Virus record (IMG/VR): IMGVR_UViG_3300037789_000060
DNA: 64,000 nt
Source of the DNA: a virus
Direction: 5' to 3' (one strand)
Part shown: one piece after another, positions 52,441 to 61,429 of the stretch
How the letters are laid out: each line of letters opens with the position of its first letter
How positions within the stretch are numbered: position 1 is the first letter of the stretch
The notes under the pieces: model-generated
Told to the model about the DNA's origin: nothing
Database searches by the model: none
What the model saw: only the letters and a program-made list of their open reading frames with translations
Made by a program: the position numbers and the translations under genes

Positions 52441-54746
52441 AAGAAGCAGCTTTGGTGCTGCGTTTGATTGATGGCGTCAGCCTGCCAGCCAAAGCTGTGG
52501 TTGGGAGTTTGAACAGTATCAAAAGGGCGGCCGGGATGCTCACAGCACCCGGACGCGGGCTCAACCAGCTTGGTCGTGCTTCACGTCGCAACGCGGCTGA
52601 TGTCGCAGGCCTGTCGGCCCCCATGATGATGGCCGGCGCTGCAGCAAGTCGTTCAGTTTACAACTTTGAAAAGGCTGGCAACGCCATGCAAGCCTTTGGC
52701 CTGCTGACGGCTGAACAGAGAAAAGAGCTTGAAGATTACGCACAGGTTCTGAATGTCGACTTCCCGTTCACGAACAGCAAAATCATTGAAGCTGCACAGG
52801 AATTGTTCCGAGCAGGTCTGACATTCAACCAGGCAATGGGTGCGCTTCGAGGCACCTTGAACCTCGGACTTGCTGGTGACATCGATGTGAAACAGGCGAC
52901 AGACATCGCAACCAATGTCATGACTGCCATGAAGTTGCCGATGGAGACATTCGAGCAAGTCAACGCTTCCATGCTGAAGGTGAATGACACGCTCGCCTGG
53001 GCAGCCACAAACTCCAATACGGACGTTGCTCTTATGGGCGACACATTCAGATATGTAGCACCGCTGGCTGCAGCCGCTGGGATGGAGCTCGAAACGGTTG
53101 GAGCAATGGCAGCCGAGTTGGCGCGTGCTGGCATCAAAGGATCTGAAGCAGGGGTTGCATTGCGATCTGCTTTGGTTCGCATGGCCAAGCCAACAAAACC
53201 GATGCTGGCAGCCTTTGAAAGAATGAACCTGAAGATTGGTGAGTTCATTGAATACAAGGACAAGATCGCGGCAAGCTCTGTTACCGCATCATTGCTTCCG
53301 TCTGGTATCGATGTTGCGAATTTGAATTCTGAAATCCAATCCATTCTGGATGATGTCAAGCTGGCCGGCGCTCCGAACCGGATGTCGGCACAGATCACAG
53401 ATGTGATCGTAAAGTCTCTCGGAGATGAAACGCTGCGAGACGAAATATCGTCGGTGATCAATGGGGCCGTCCTGGCCGGGGCACAGAAGGTGGATTTGGT
53501 TGGGCTGCTTGCGGCCATGCGGGACAAGGGCGCAACCATCACTGACATTGCCCAAGTCTTCGACGTTCGGATGGGATCGCGCCTCGCTGCTATCATGTAT
53601 GAAGATATTCATGGGGCGGTCGAAAAGCTGAAATCTGAGTACAACGGGGTTGGCGCCAATATGGCCGGCCTGATGATGCAGGGCGTTGTTGGTTCGACAG
53701 CTCGACTTGTTGCCGGCGTCGAGCGCATGTTCATTGCGATAGCAGATAGCGGTGTACTCGACACTGTGATCAACGCCATGGACAAATTCGGGACATTCCT
53801 GGTCAAATTGTCTGAGACAAACCCTCAGATGCTTGAATTTGGAACGTATGCAGCGATGGCGGCTGCAGCGATCGCGCCGCTCGGGATAGCACTTTCTGGC
53901 ATGGCTGGCATGATGGGACTGCTGATCAGCCCATTGGGTCTGGTTGTGGCAGGGCTTGGGACATTGGTCGCACTCAATTGGGATGCGACAGTGCAAGCCT
54001 TTTCAGACTTTGGCAAAGGGTTCTCCAATGCCTTGGATCCAGAAACGGTAGCGGCCTTTGGACGATTGGCTGATGACGTACAGAAAGGTCTCAGCAAAAT
54101 CACCTTTGGTTTGTCAGAGACAAATTTTGAAGGTTGGGGCGCTGGCCTTGCCAACTCGATCGATTGGATCATCGAAGCTCTAGGCAAAGTCGGATTGGCC
54201 ATGGCCGAGATAGAGGCAATTGATCAGAAAATTACCAACGCAATATCCAACGCAGCATCACAACTCTCCAGCCAAATGTATAACCTCGGTCGAGAGATGT
54301 TGGATGCTTTTTTGCGAGGGCTGAATGATATGATGCAGGCTGTCCTCGATTGGTTTTCGGCGTTGCCTGGTAAGATCATGTCCGCGATAGGGTCCATCGA
54401 TCTGACAAGTAAGATCAAGATGCCATCTATTTTTGGCTGGGGTGCGTCTGATGAACCAGAACAAACAAGCGGATCTGGACGTCATGTAGATGGCGCCAGG
54501 GCAGGTGGCGGCCCAGTGCAGCGTGGTCACATCTATGAAATCAACGAGAAGGGCCAAGAGTTCTTCAGCCCGGGCAGTTCCGGCCGCATTCACCCTGCAG
54601 GCAGCCAAGCCGGCGCGATGATCAATCATTTTCACATTATGACGTCTGATCCCAAAGGAGCCGCAAGGGAAGTGGTCAGCAGTCTCGAGCGTTTGCTCGA
54701 GCGATCGCGACAAACCTCACTCGATGACAGGCCAGTTTACGGGTAA
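52422..54746 (+). CDS. Tail tape measure protein (TP901-type core)
   Basis: Ala-rich helical; L..AATNSNTD...MG....YVAP.A...G...E...A....LA..GIKGSEAG.ALR. Confidence 0.92.
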   Translation: MAKAGIKEAALVLRLIDGVSLPAKAVVGSLNSIKRAAGMLTAPGRGLNQLGRASRRNAADVAGLSAPMMMAGAAASRSVYNFEKAGNAMQAFGLLTAEQRKELEDYAQVLNVDFPFTNSKIIEAAQELFRAGLTFNQAMGALRGTLNLGLAGDIDVKQATDIATNVMTAMKLPMETFEQVNASMLKVNDTLAWAATNSNTDVALMGDTFRYVAPLAAAAGMELETVGAMAAELARAGIKGSEAGVALRSALVRMAKPTKPMLAAFERMNLKIGEFIEYKDKIAASSVTASLLPSGIDVANLNSEIQSILDDVKLAGAPNRMSAQITDVIVKSLGDETLRDEISSVINGAVLAGAQKVDLVGLLAAMRDKGATITDIAQVFDVRMGSRLAAIMYEDIHGAVEKLKSEYNGVGANMAGLMMQGVVGSTARLVAGVERMFIAIADSGVLDTVINAMDKFGTFLVKLSETNPQMLEFGTYAAMAAAAIAPLGIALSGMAGMMGLLISPLGLVVAGLGTLVALNWDATVQAFSDFGKGFSNALDPETVAAFGRLADDVQKGLSKITFGLSETNFEGWGAGLANSIDWIIEALGKVGLAMAEIEAIDQKITNAISNAASQLSSQMYNLGREMLDAFLRGLNDMMQAVLDWFSALPGKIMSAIGSIDLTSKIKMPSIFGWGASDEPEQTSGSGRHVDGARAGGGPVQRGHIYEINEKGQEFFSPGSSGRIHPAGSQAGAMINHFHIMTSDPKGAAREVVSSLERLLERSRQTSLDDRPVYG

Positions 54747-54751
54747 CCAAA

Positions 54752-55165
54752 ATGTTTATGATGCTCGGACCATTCGTGTTTACAGTCCCTACTTACTCTG
54801 TTGAAGCATTGCAGCAGAGCAGTGGCTCTCGGATTGCCAAAAGCCCAATCATCGGCAGCCACCCGACCACACATATGTTGGGCCCGGACAGTCGAGAGTT
54901 GACGCTCGAGAGCACTTTCCACCCGCAACACATGAACACCGGTGGGCTCGCGATGCTGTCATCGTTGCGCGCAGCCGCTGAAGCGCAGACGCCTTTGATG
55001 ATGGTGTCGGTGGTTGGGATGGTGTTTGGCCGATGGATCATTGAGAGGGTCGATGAAGGCCATAGCCGCATTGGCGGGACCGGCGTTGCTCAAAAGGTCA
55101 CTGTGAAGATGTCTTTGTCCCGCTATGTGCCCCGCGGTGGTGGCGGACCTTTGAGGTTGTTCTGA
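54752..55165 (+). CDS. Tail protein, P2 gpU family
   Basis: MMLGPFVF, LGP....LTL, G...GRW.I..V.E. Confidence 0.88.
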   Translation: MFMMLGPFVFTVPTYSVEALQQSSGSRIAKSPIIGSHPTTHMLGPDSRELTLESTFHPQHMNTGGLAMLSSLRAAAEAQTPLMMVSVVGMVFGRWIIERVDEGHSRIGGTGVAQKVTVKMSLSRYVPRGGGGPLRLF

Positions 55166-56154
55166 TGACCCGTCCGTTTTTTCAGTTCATGGTTGGAGGG
55201 AATGACGTCACACCGGCCATTAAAGCTGGCGGGATATCATTGGAAATACGCGAAGTGGTTGGCGAGAATGCCGATTCCGCTACCATTACGATCGACGATC
55301 CGGATGGCATCGTTGCTCCACCGCCCCGCGGCGTTGAGATGCGTATTATTGCGGGGTATGAGGACGAATTCAGAGATTTTGGTATATTCATTGTCGACCA
55401 AACTTCCCTGAAGGGATGGCCCCAGACCATCACAATCAGCGCGCAATCGGCCGGCGCCAAGGAAGCCACAAAGCAGAGGCGGCAACAGTCGTACAAGCCA
55501 CCCCAATACTCGACCTATCAGGATGTATTTTCTGAGATTGCGTCACGCAATGATTTGGAACTTGCCCTGAGTTCTGACATTGGCAGCAAAGCGTTGGAGT
55601 ATGAGGCGCAGTCAGAGGAAAGCGACATCGCGTTCCTGGCTCGTATCACTGAGAAGTTTGACGCCCATGTCTCGATCAAAGACCGGCGATTGGTTGGCGT
55701 GGTGAGGGGGGAAGGAAAGAGTGTGTCCGGTATGGAGCTTCCGGTCATCCACATTTCGAAGGGCACCAACATTCTTTCCTACGGGTGCAGCGATATGGAC
55801 AAGCCCAAACACAAGAAGAGCAAATCAGCTTGGTTCGATCGCCAGAAAGTCAAAATGGTTATCGAGGAAGCTGACGCCACGGACGAAGGCCCGGATTATC
55901 TGGGCCAAGACACGCAAAAGAGCCAGGCCGAAGCACAGGCCGTTTCAAGTTCATCCGGGAAAAAACTGAAGCGCGGGTCTGGTTCCGCTTCATTCGTTAT
56001 TGAGGGAACGCCACACGCTCGAGCCGAAGCCATTGTCTTGGTTACGGGCGTCCGCTCACTTATCAACGGGCGGTGGCGTGCAAAGGGCATCTCTCACAGT
56101 TGGTCGTCATCCGGACCCTATACAACTTCAATCGAATGCGAGTTGCCAAGCTGA
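55165..56154 (+). CDS. Late control/baseplate hub, P2 gpD family
   Basis: G..AD...I.IDD, GY....G.F.VD, Q..ESD..FL.R. Confidence 0.88.
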   Translation: MTRPFFQFMVGGNDVTPAIKAGGISLEIREVVGENADSATITIDDPDGIVAPPPRGVEMRIIAGYEDEFRDFGIFIVDQTSLKGWPQTITISAQSAGAKEATKQRRQQSYKPPQYSTYQDVFSEIASRNDLELALSSDIGSKALEYEAQSEESDIAFLARITEKFDAHVSIKDRRLVGVVRGEGKSVSGMELPVIHISKGTNILSYGCSDMDKPKHKKSKSAWFDRQKVKMVIEEADATDEGPDYLGQDTQKSQAEAQAVSSSSGKKLKRGSGSASFVIEGTPHARAEAIVLVTGVRSLINGRWRAKGISHSWSSSGPYTTSIECELPS

Positions 56155-56387
56155 TGAAATTTACAGAATTGTCTGACGGCACCGCCCAATACACGACAAG
56201 CAATGGTGACATGGTCGACCAGATTGCATTCAATCGATATGGCACACATGAAGGCACGACGGTTCTTGTCTATGAGCAGAACCCGGGCCTTGTCGAACAC
56301 GGTCTCATATTGCCGGAAGGGTTGACGATAATCCTGCCGGAATATGTCCAGCCTGAGGCCAAACCACAGATCAACCTCTGGACATAG
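56154..56387 (+). CDS. Tail protein X (LysM-like)
   Basis: Y.T..GD.VD.I...YG...V...NPGL...G..LPEG..I.LP...LW. Confidence 0.9.
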   Translation: MKFTELSDGTAQYTTSNGDMVDQIAFNRYGTHEGTTVLVYEQNPGLVEHGLILPEGLTIILPEYVQPEAKPQINLWT

Positions 56388-56473
56388 ACATCTAAATCTT
56401 CGCGATCGAGAACCGGTCTGCTGGCAGCATCATGTTGCTGGTAGCTTGAGCTCGCGCGCCAACCTGAAGGGAC

Positions 56474-57223
56474 ATGGCTCCGATGGACAAGAAACCATTC
56501 TACGACAATTTGCGAGCGCACCTGAACCTCACGACCGAAAATGTGATGGGGATGGAGAAGGTGCTGAATTTCGGCAAAGCTCGAGGCACACCTCTAGCTG
56601 ACATGGCCTATATTCTTGCCACCGCGTGGTGGGAAACCGCGCAGACAATGCAGCCGGTCGTCGAAGCCTATTGGATGTCAGAGGATTGGCGGAAGAAAAA
56701 CCTTCGATACTACCCTTGGCACGGCCGCGGGTTGATCCAGACGACCTGGGAAGACGGGTATCGCAGAATGGGCGCCGTGATGGGTGTCGACCTTATCGCA
56801 GACCCCGACAAGCTGCTTGAATGGAAATACGCCTTGCCAGCTTTGTTCGTCGGCATGGAAAAGGGCATCTACACCGGCAAAAAGCTGTCCGATTACATCG
56901 ACAATATCGATGAAGACGACAAAGAAGACTTGCGCGAATTTGCGAACGCACGCCGCATCGTCAACGGCACGGACAAGCAGGTTACGATCGGAAAGCTGGC
57001 GCTGAAGTTTGAAGCCGCGCTGAAGGCGATGGATTGGATGGATGCGCCGGGTTTCATCCCCATTCCGGTACCGCGCCCAGATCCGGAAGGTGACCAGGTT
57101 TCAGAGCCTCCAGTCGATTACGTTCGAAACGATGACGAAGCGAACCCATCCAATCCGGCATCCCGTTCAATTTGGAATGTGATTGGCGAGTTGATCAAGG
57201 TTCTCTTGGGCGGTCGTCGGTAG
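56474..57223 (+). CDS. Endolysin, GH19 lysozyme-like
   Basis: AYILATAWWET..TMQPV.E, WHGRGLIQTTW..Y, ARRIVNG.D. Confidence 0.8.
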   Translation: MAPMDKKPFYDNLRAHLNLTTENVMGMEKVLNFGKARGTPLADMAYILATAWWETAQTMQPVVEAYWMSEDWRKKNLRYYPWHGRGLIQTTWEDGYRRMGAVMGVDLIADPDKLLEWKYALPALFVGMEKGIYTGKKLSDYIDNIDEDDKEDLREFANARRIVNGTDKQVTIGKLALKFEAALKAMDWMDAPGFIPIPVPRPDPEGDQVSEPPVDYVRNDDEANPSNPASRSIWNVIGELIKVLLGGRR

Positions 57224-57279
57224 GAATTCAGGCAGCCAGTAGCTCCACGGTGGCTGGCATTTTCAGAAGGAGAATTGAT

Positions 57280-57480
57280 ATGAAAGGTTATCGTACACTG
57301 CTGCTCAACGGCGCTATTGTGGTCATCCCAGTGGTCGCAGAATCTGTCAGCTTTTTGAACGGGTTTGACTGGCGCTCGATCCTGCCCAAAGAGAGTGCCG
57401 GATGGGTCATCATTGGGATTGGATTGCTGAACATCTGGTTGCGGTTCATCACGAATACCGGTGTTGGGAAAAAACGTTGA
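57280..57480 (+). CDS. Small 2-TM holin-like protein
   Basis: MKGYRTLLLN...IGIGLLNIWLRFITNTGVG; AAGGAG RBS. Confidence 0.65.
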   Translation: MKGYRTLLLNGAIVVIPVVAESVSFLNGFDWRSILPKESAGWVIIGIGLLNIWLRFITNTGVGKKR

Positions 57481-57857
57481 TTGCTCGCTTGATCAGCTGG
57501 ATCACCAGCGGCGCCATCGACCGGATAGGCGGGCATCTGAAAGACGCCTATCTGGCCAAACAGCAAGCCCAGACGGATGAACAAAAGCTTCAGGCAGAGA
57601 TCCGGATACAACAATTGAAAGCTCAGGAAGCAGTTCTGATTTCGGAACAGGCAAATGGCGTCACGCGTTGGATTAGACCAGCTATAGCGTTCCCCTTCAT
57701 CGCCTACCTATGGAAGGTGGTGCTTTGGGACAAGGTACTTGGCCTCGGGGTAACAGATCCTCTGTCTACCCAACTGGCTGAAATCATGATGGTGATGATT
57801 GGAGCCTATTTCTTGACCCGGCCAATTGAAAAAGCTGTGAAGAGGTGGCGACAATGA
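57477..57857 (+). CDS. 3TM-holin-like membrane protein
   Basis: TTG start overlapping the upstream TGA; RWIRP...WKVVLWD...TDPL...IGAYF..R. Confidence 0.65.
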   Translation: MIARLISWITSGAIDRIGGHLKDAYLAKQQAQTDEQKLQAEIRIQQLKAQEAVLISEQANGVTRWIRPAIAFPFIAYLWKVVLWDKVLGLGVTDPLSTQLAEIMMVMIGAYFLTRPIEKAVKRWRQ

Positions 57858-58141
57858 GCATGGACGATTTCGACGGCATCAAGTTGACCAAATCAAGACT
57901 GTCCTACATAGCCGCCGCTCTTGCAGTGGGTTTGGTAGCCTATGGTGCGATCGGAGATTACAACCGTCGCGGCTATGAAATTGAACGATTGACAGAAAGA
58001 GATGCAGCCAGGAGTTCCGAGCTCGCCAGAATTGCTGCGAAGCTCGAATCTCAAAACCGGGAATTATCCAACGAGATAACCGACCTGAAAATTGCAATCA
58101 ACCGGCTTGCAGATCAGTTGGAGCGTGCAAATGGTAAGTAG
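57854..58141 (+). CDS. TM plus coiled-coil protein (possible i-spanin-like)
   Basis: Single N-terminal TM followed by a heptad coiled coil. Confidence 0.5.
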   Translation: MSMDDFDGIKLTKSRLSYIAAALAVGLVAYGAIGDYNRRGYEIERLTERDAARSSELARIAAKLESQNRELSNEITDLKIAINRLADQLERANGK

Positions 58142-58586
58142 GATCGTCGCTACCTTTGGTACGGTTGTTGGGATGTGGTTGTTCCTGGGTTTCGTTTCGC
58201 TGATGTATTTTGGCCCCAGCCTCATAGGGAAATACGCGCCGCCCATAACCCATTTTCAGATTTCTGCCGTGCGCTATGACGAAGACGGCGCGATGTACTT
58301 CAAACCGACCTTTCACAAAAGGTGGTGCGAATACCAGCCCGGAAGTGCAAGCTGGCATTCCATGACAGCAGGCGTTTCAGAGCGCGTTTCATTGACGGTG
58401 CCCAATAGACCCCATGGCGGTCAGAACAGGGCACCCGGTACGCACCGAGCACCGGAATGGAAGGTGGACATCTTTGCTACACCAGGCGCGGTCGAGCAGT
58501 ACGGACTCGTCACTCACAAGTGTCTTTTGTTTCTGAAGGTGGAGACGAAAATCGGGCCTTGGCCTGTCCCGCTGCCTGCAGAATAG
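58131..58586 (+). CDS. Membrane-anchored periplasmic hypothetical protein
   Basis: N-terminal TM and two Cys; end of the lysis cassette. Confidence 0.55.
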   Translation: MVSRIVATFGTVVGMWLFLGFVSLMYFGPSLIGKYAPPITHFQISAVRYDEDGAMYFKPTFHKRWCEYQPGSASWHSMTAGVSERVSLTVPNRPHGGQNRAPGTHRAPEWKVDIFATPGAVEQYGLVTHKCLLFLKVETKIGPWPVPLPAE

Positions 58587-58639
58587 ACTATCAACAGAAC
58601 ATAGTTTGGAAAGTTTCTGCTTGCGCCAGAGCATTTCAT

Positions 58640-58654
58640 GTTCTTTATCTGTTC
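58640..58654 (+). promoter_or_regulatory. Alphaproteobacterial LexA (SOS) box
   Basis: GTTC-TTTATCT-GTTC ending 2 nt before the ATG at 58657. Confidence 0.75.
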
Positions 58655-58656
58655 AC

Positions 58657-58935
58657 ATGGGATTCAACAGACGATACGGACACAAGCCAAAGATCTGGCC
58701 TGAATGGGCAGCCACCATTGGGGGCATGATCAAGCATGGGACGCTGACCCGCGGGACCTGTCGGAAGTGCGGCGAGATGACCGAAATGGATTTGAGCCTG
58801 TTCCTGCAACAATATGGTCAACACTACAGCCTGATCGGGCACGAAGGGATTTGCCTCCAGCCCAGATGTGGTGGCGACCTGCTAATTCAATATTCCAGGG
58901 GAGAGCATTCCCCCTGGAGACCACTTGGCAGCTAG
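58657..58935 (+). CDS. Small zinc-finger-like protein (CxxC...CxxxxC)
   Basis: CRKCG and CLQPRCGG; ATG immediately downstream of the LexA box. Confidence 0.7.
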   Translation: MGFNRRYGHKPKIWPEWAATIGGMIKHGTLTRGTCRKCGEMTEMDLSLFLQQYGQHYSLIGHEGICLQPRCGGDLLIQYSRGEHSPWRPLGS

Positions 58936-59351
58936 TAGCGGCACCACCATTCTTTCCCCTTCGGCCAGCGCCTGGCCAGTCTCTCATTAATTAGGATGTC
59001 ACCAACATCCTCCCCACTGATCCGGATAGTTGCAAGCCTCCGGCGCTCCTGCGTGGAATCCCTCCCCAAATATTCGATCGACCAGTCGTTGGCGTTCAAA
59101 AGTTCAATCAGCCGTTCTTTTGCTCTATGGCCAAGTGAGATTTCGTAGACGCCTCCACAGATCGATGTCTGTGTTTCTGGCGTGTCGAACCCCTTGAGAC
59201 GGATCTTCACACCATCCAACCACAGTGTATCCCCATCAACCACACAGGTTTCTGCCGCAGTTCGTTTTTTCCCAGGCACGCATTTTTCAAATTGTTGTGC
59301 GTCGGAACTGGTGGCAATCAGTATAGCCATGATGCAGGTTGTGAGCTTCAT
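58932..59351 (-). CDS. Secreted thermonuclease (SNase-like)
   Basis: Signal peptide; VVDGDT, IRLKGFDTPE, RRLATI...DVGDILINERLAR.W. Confidence 0.88.
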   Translation of the reverse strand: MKLTTCIMAILIATSSDAQQFEKCVPGKKRTAAETCVVDGDTLWLDGVKIRLKGFDTPETQTSICGGVYEISLGHRAKERLIELLNANDWSIEYLGRDSTQERRRLATIRISGEDVGDILINERLARRWPKGKEWWCRY

Positions 59352-59533
59352 TTTCCGGCCCTTCTTTCTTGGTTGCTTTTAAACGATTCACTCCTGCGGA
59401 TGCCTTTTTCTGTCAGGACATAGTAGCGCTGCCTCGGCTGGCGCCAATGCGGATTGATATCTGCATAGCCCTTGTTCAGCAAACCATCACCAGCAATGTC
59501 CCATTCTGGGAGTGTTAGCTCACGAAACGAATA

Positions 59534-59548
59534 GTTCGAAAGTGGTTC
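59534..59548 (+). promoter_or_regulatory. Second putative LexA box
   Basis: GTTC-GAAAGTG-GTTC in the divergent SNase/CBASS intergenic region. Confidence 0.5.
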
Positions 59549-59699
59549 TGCCGATAATTCTGATTCCTATATTACTGCTATTTATGTTTCCTAATATAGA
59601 TTTGATGCGGTTATTGGAGAATACCAAGGCGAATCTCGGGCTTGATATTTGTTCCTTTCTGGTTCTAGCTATCAAACGGAACTATTTGAAATCGAATCG

Positions 59700-60584
59700 A
59701 TGCATTTTACTGAAGAACAACTATCGCGCTTCGCAGCGCCGCCCTCGCAGACTGAACGCGACAAAATGGAGAATGCGGAAAGGGCGATTAAGAATGCCAT
59801 CTCCGCGAGTGACAAGCTTCGCGCTCGCAGCATTCGTGTATTTGCCCAAGGCTCTTATCGCAACAGAGTGAACGTGCGCGCCGATAGTGATGTTGATATC
59901 GCTGTTCATTGTAGCAACACGTTCTTCTGGGACGGTCCGGATGGCTCCACACTAGAGACATTCGGGGCCAAGCCCGCCACTTATCTTTTTGAAACATTTC
60001 GTGCTGAACTTGACGAAGCTTAGGTTGATTACTTCGGAGCTAGCTCAGTCAAATCAGGAGATAAGGCTTTTGACATCAAGGCAAACACCTATCGAGTTGA
60101 TGCCGATGCTGCCCCCTTCTTCAGTCATCGCAGATACGACGAGCGCGGTCAATTTTTAGAAGGGGTTGAAATGCGGACGAGTGCAGGTCAGCGCATCATT
60201 AATTGGCCGGATCAGCATTACGCAAATGGAGTAGCGAAAAACGACCGAACAGGTAGATCCTTTAAGGGGTGCGTCCGAATTCTGAAATCTCTCCGCTATG
60301 CTATGCTTCATGATAACATCGCCTCGGCAGAAGGGACTTCGAGCTTCTTGATGGAGTGCCTTATTTGGAACATACCAGACAGGTTTTTCACTAACTCGAC
60401 ATGGTCGCAGACACTACGTGAGGCTATGATCTTTTTGTTGAATAGCACAATGGACTACGAGAAGTGCTCGAATTGGGTTGAGGTCAGTGAGCTCAAATAT
60501 CTCTTCCATAATTCTCAGGCATGGACTTGGGAAAGCACAAACAAGTTCTTATCAGATTGCTGGGACTACGCAGGGTTTAAATGA
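59700..60584 (+). pseudogene. cdnE: CdnE-type CD-NTase (CBASS cyclase) interrupted by an in-frame TAG at 60021-60023
   Basis: QGSYRNRVNVRADSDVD, then ELDEA*VDYFG...GDKAFD...RVDADAAP...RIINWPDQHYANG..KN in one frame; 294 codons. Confidence 0.88.
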
Positions 60585-61234
60585 TGATGACTCGTCCACA
60601 AATCAGTGCATTCCTCGCCTTGTCTGTTACGTTGTGGGTCGGCGTTCTTACAATACGAGGAACTCAGTTAAGTTGGGAAATGGTGGTGCCATTTGGAACA
60701 GTGGTCGGTTCCGTGTCCTTTGTCATGCTGATTTTTGACGTCTGGGCTTGGAAATTACCAATTTTTCGAACCTGGCTTGTTAAGAGACCATATGTACATG
60801 GGACATGGAAGACGATTTTGCAGAGCGACTGGATCAACCCAGAGACTGGCGAAGGGGTGCCGGCGATTCAGTGCTTCCTCGTGGTTCGGCAAACTGCATC
60901 GAGGCTTAGCCTGCGATTAGTCACACCGGAATCGAGATCTGAAACAGTCTCGGCGGGTATCGAGACACTTACTGACGGCACATTTCAGATCAGCTGTACC
61001 TATCGAAATAAGCCGAAGTCCATGTATCGTTATCGTAGCGAGGTTCACTACGGGGCGATGTTGCTGAATGCGGAAAACGCTGCGCCGAGGCGAATGGAAG
61101 GAGAGTATTGGACTGATCGCAAAACCACCGGTTCAATCGAGCTAACAGATCGTAAAGGAAAAACGCCTTCGACGTTTGACGAGGCGCAGGCGCTCTTCTC
61201 CGAATATTCTCTCTGTGTGGGGGCAGATAAATAG
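60581..61234 (+). CDS. cap15: CBASS effector Cap15 (2TM plus beta-barrel)
   Basis: Two TM helices then P...GTW....S, V.QT...S, S.SE, Y.N.P...H.G...L...G.YWTDR.T.G. Confidence 0.9.
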   Translation: MMMTRPQISAFLALSVTLWVGVLTIRGTQLSWEMVVPFGTVVGSVSFVMLIFDVWAWKLPIFRTWLVKRPYVHGTWKTILQSDWINPETGEGVPAIQCFLVVRQTASRLSLRLVTPESRSETVSAGIETLTDGTFQISCTYRNKPKSMYRYRSEVHYGAMLLNAENAAPRRMEGEYWTDRKTTGSIELTDRKGKTPSTFDEAQALFSEYSLCVGADK

Positions 61235-61429
61235 CCGACCAACGTCGATGCTATTGGGCCACAAGAATGCGCTCTACATCAATTCCAAACAACTAGACCG
61301 GGCTTTTCATAGAGCGGATAGGGTTCGGATCGAAAACGTCGTCTCTCACTATCTCCGTAAAGCAGGTTTACAAACAGCATCGTCTGGATAAATCGCGGAG
61401 AACCTGGACGCATAGGAATCGGCCCCGCC

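Noticed and set aside
52736-53996. Long antisense ORFs (286 and 235 aa) opposite the tape measure gene
   Set aside because: Typical shadow ORFs of a GC-biased, Ala-rich gene; no RBS or motifs
60021-60023. Genome-wide TAG recoding as the explanation for the stop in cdnE
   Set aside because: TAG ends several clearly bounded genes (MT-A70 at 14409, tail tube at 51897, beta-clamp at 28033) and no suppressor tRNA is visible
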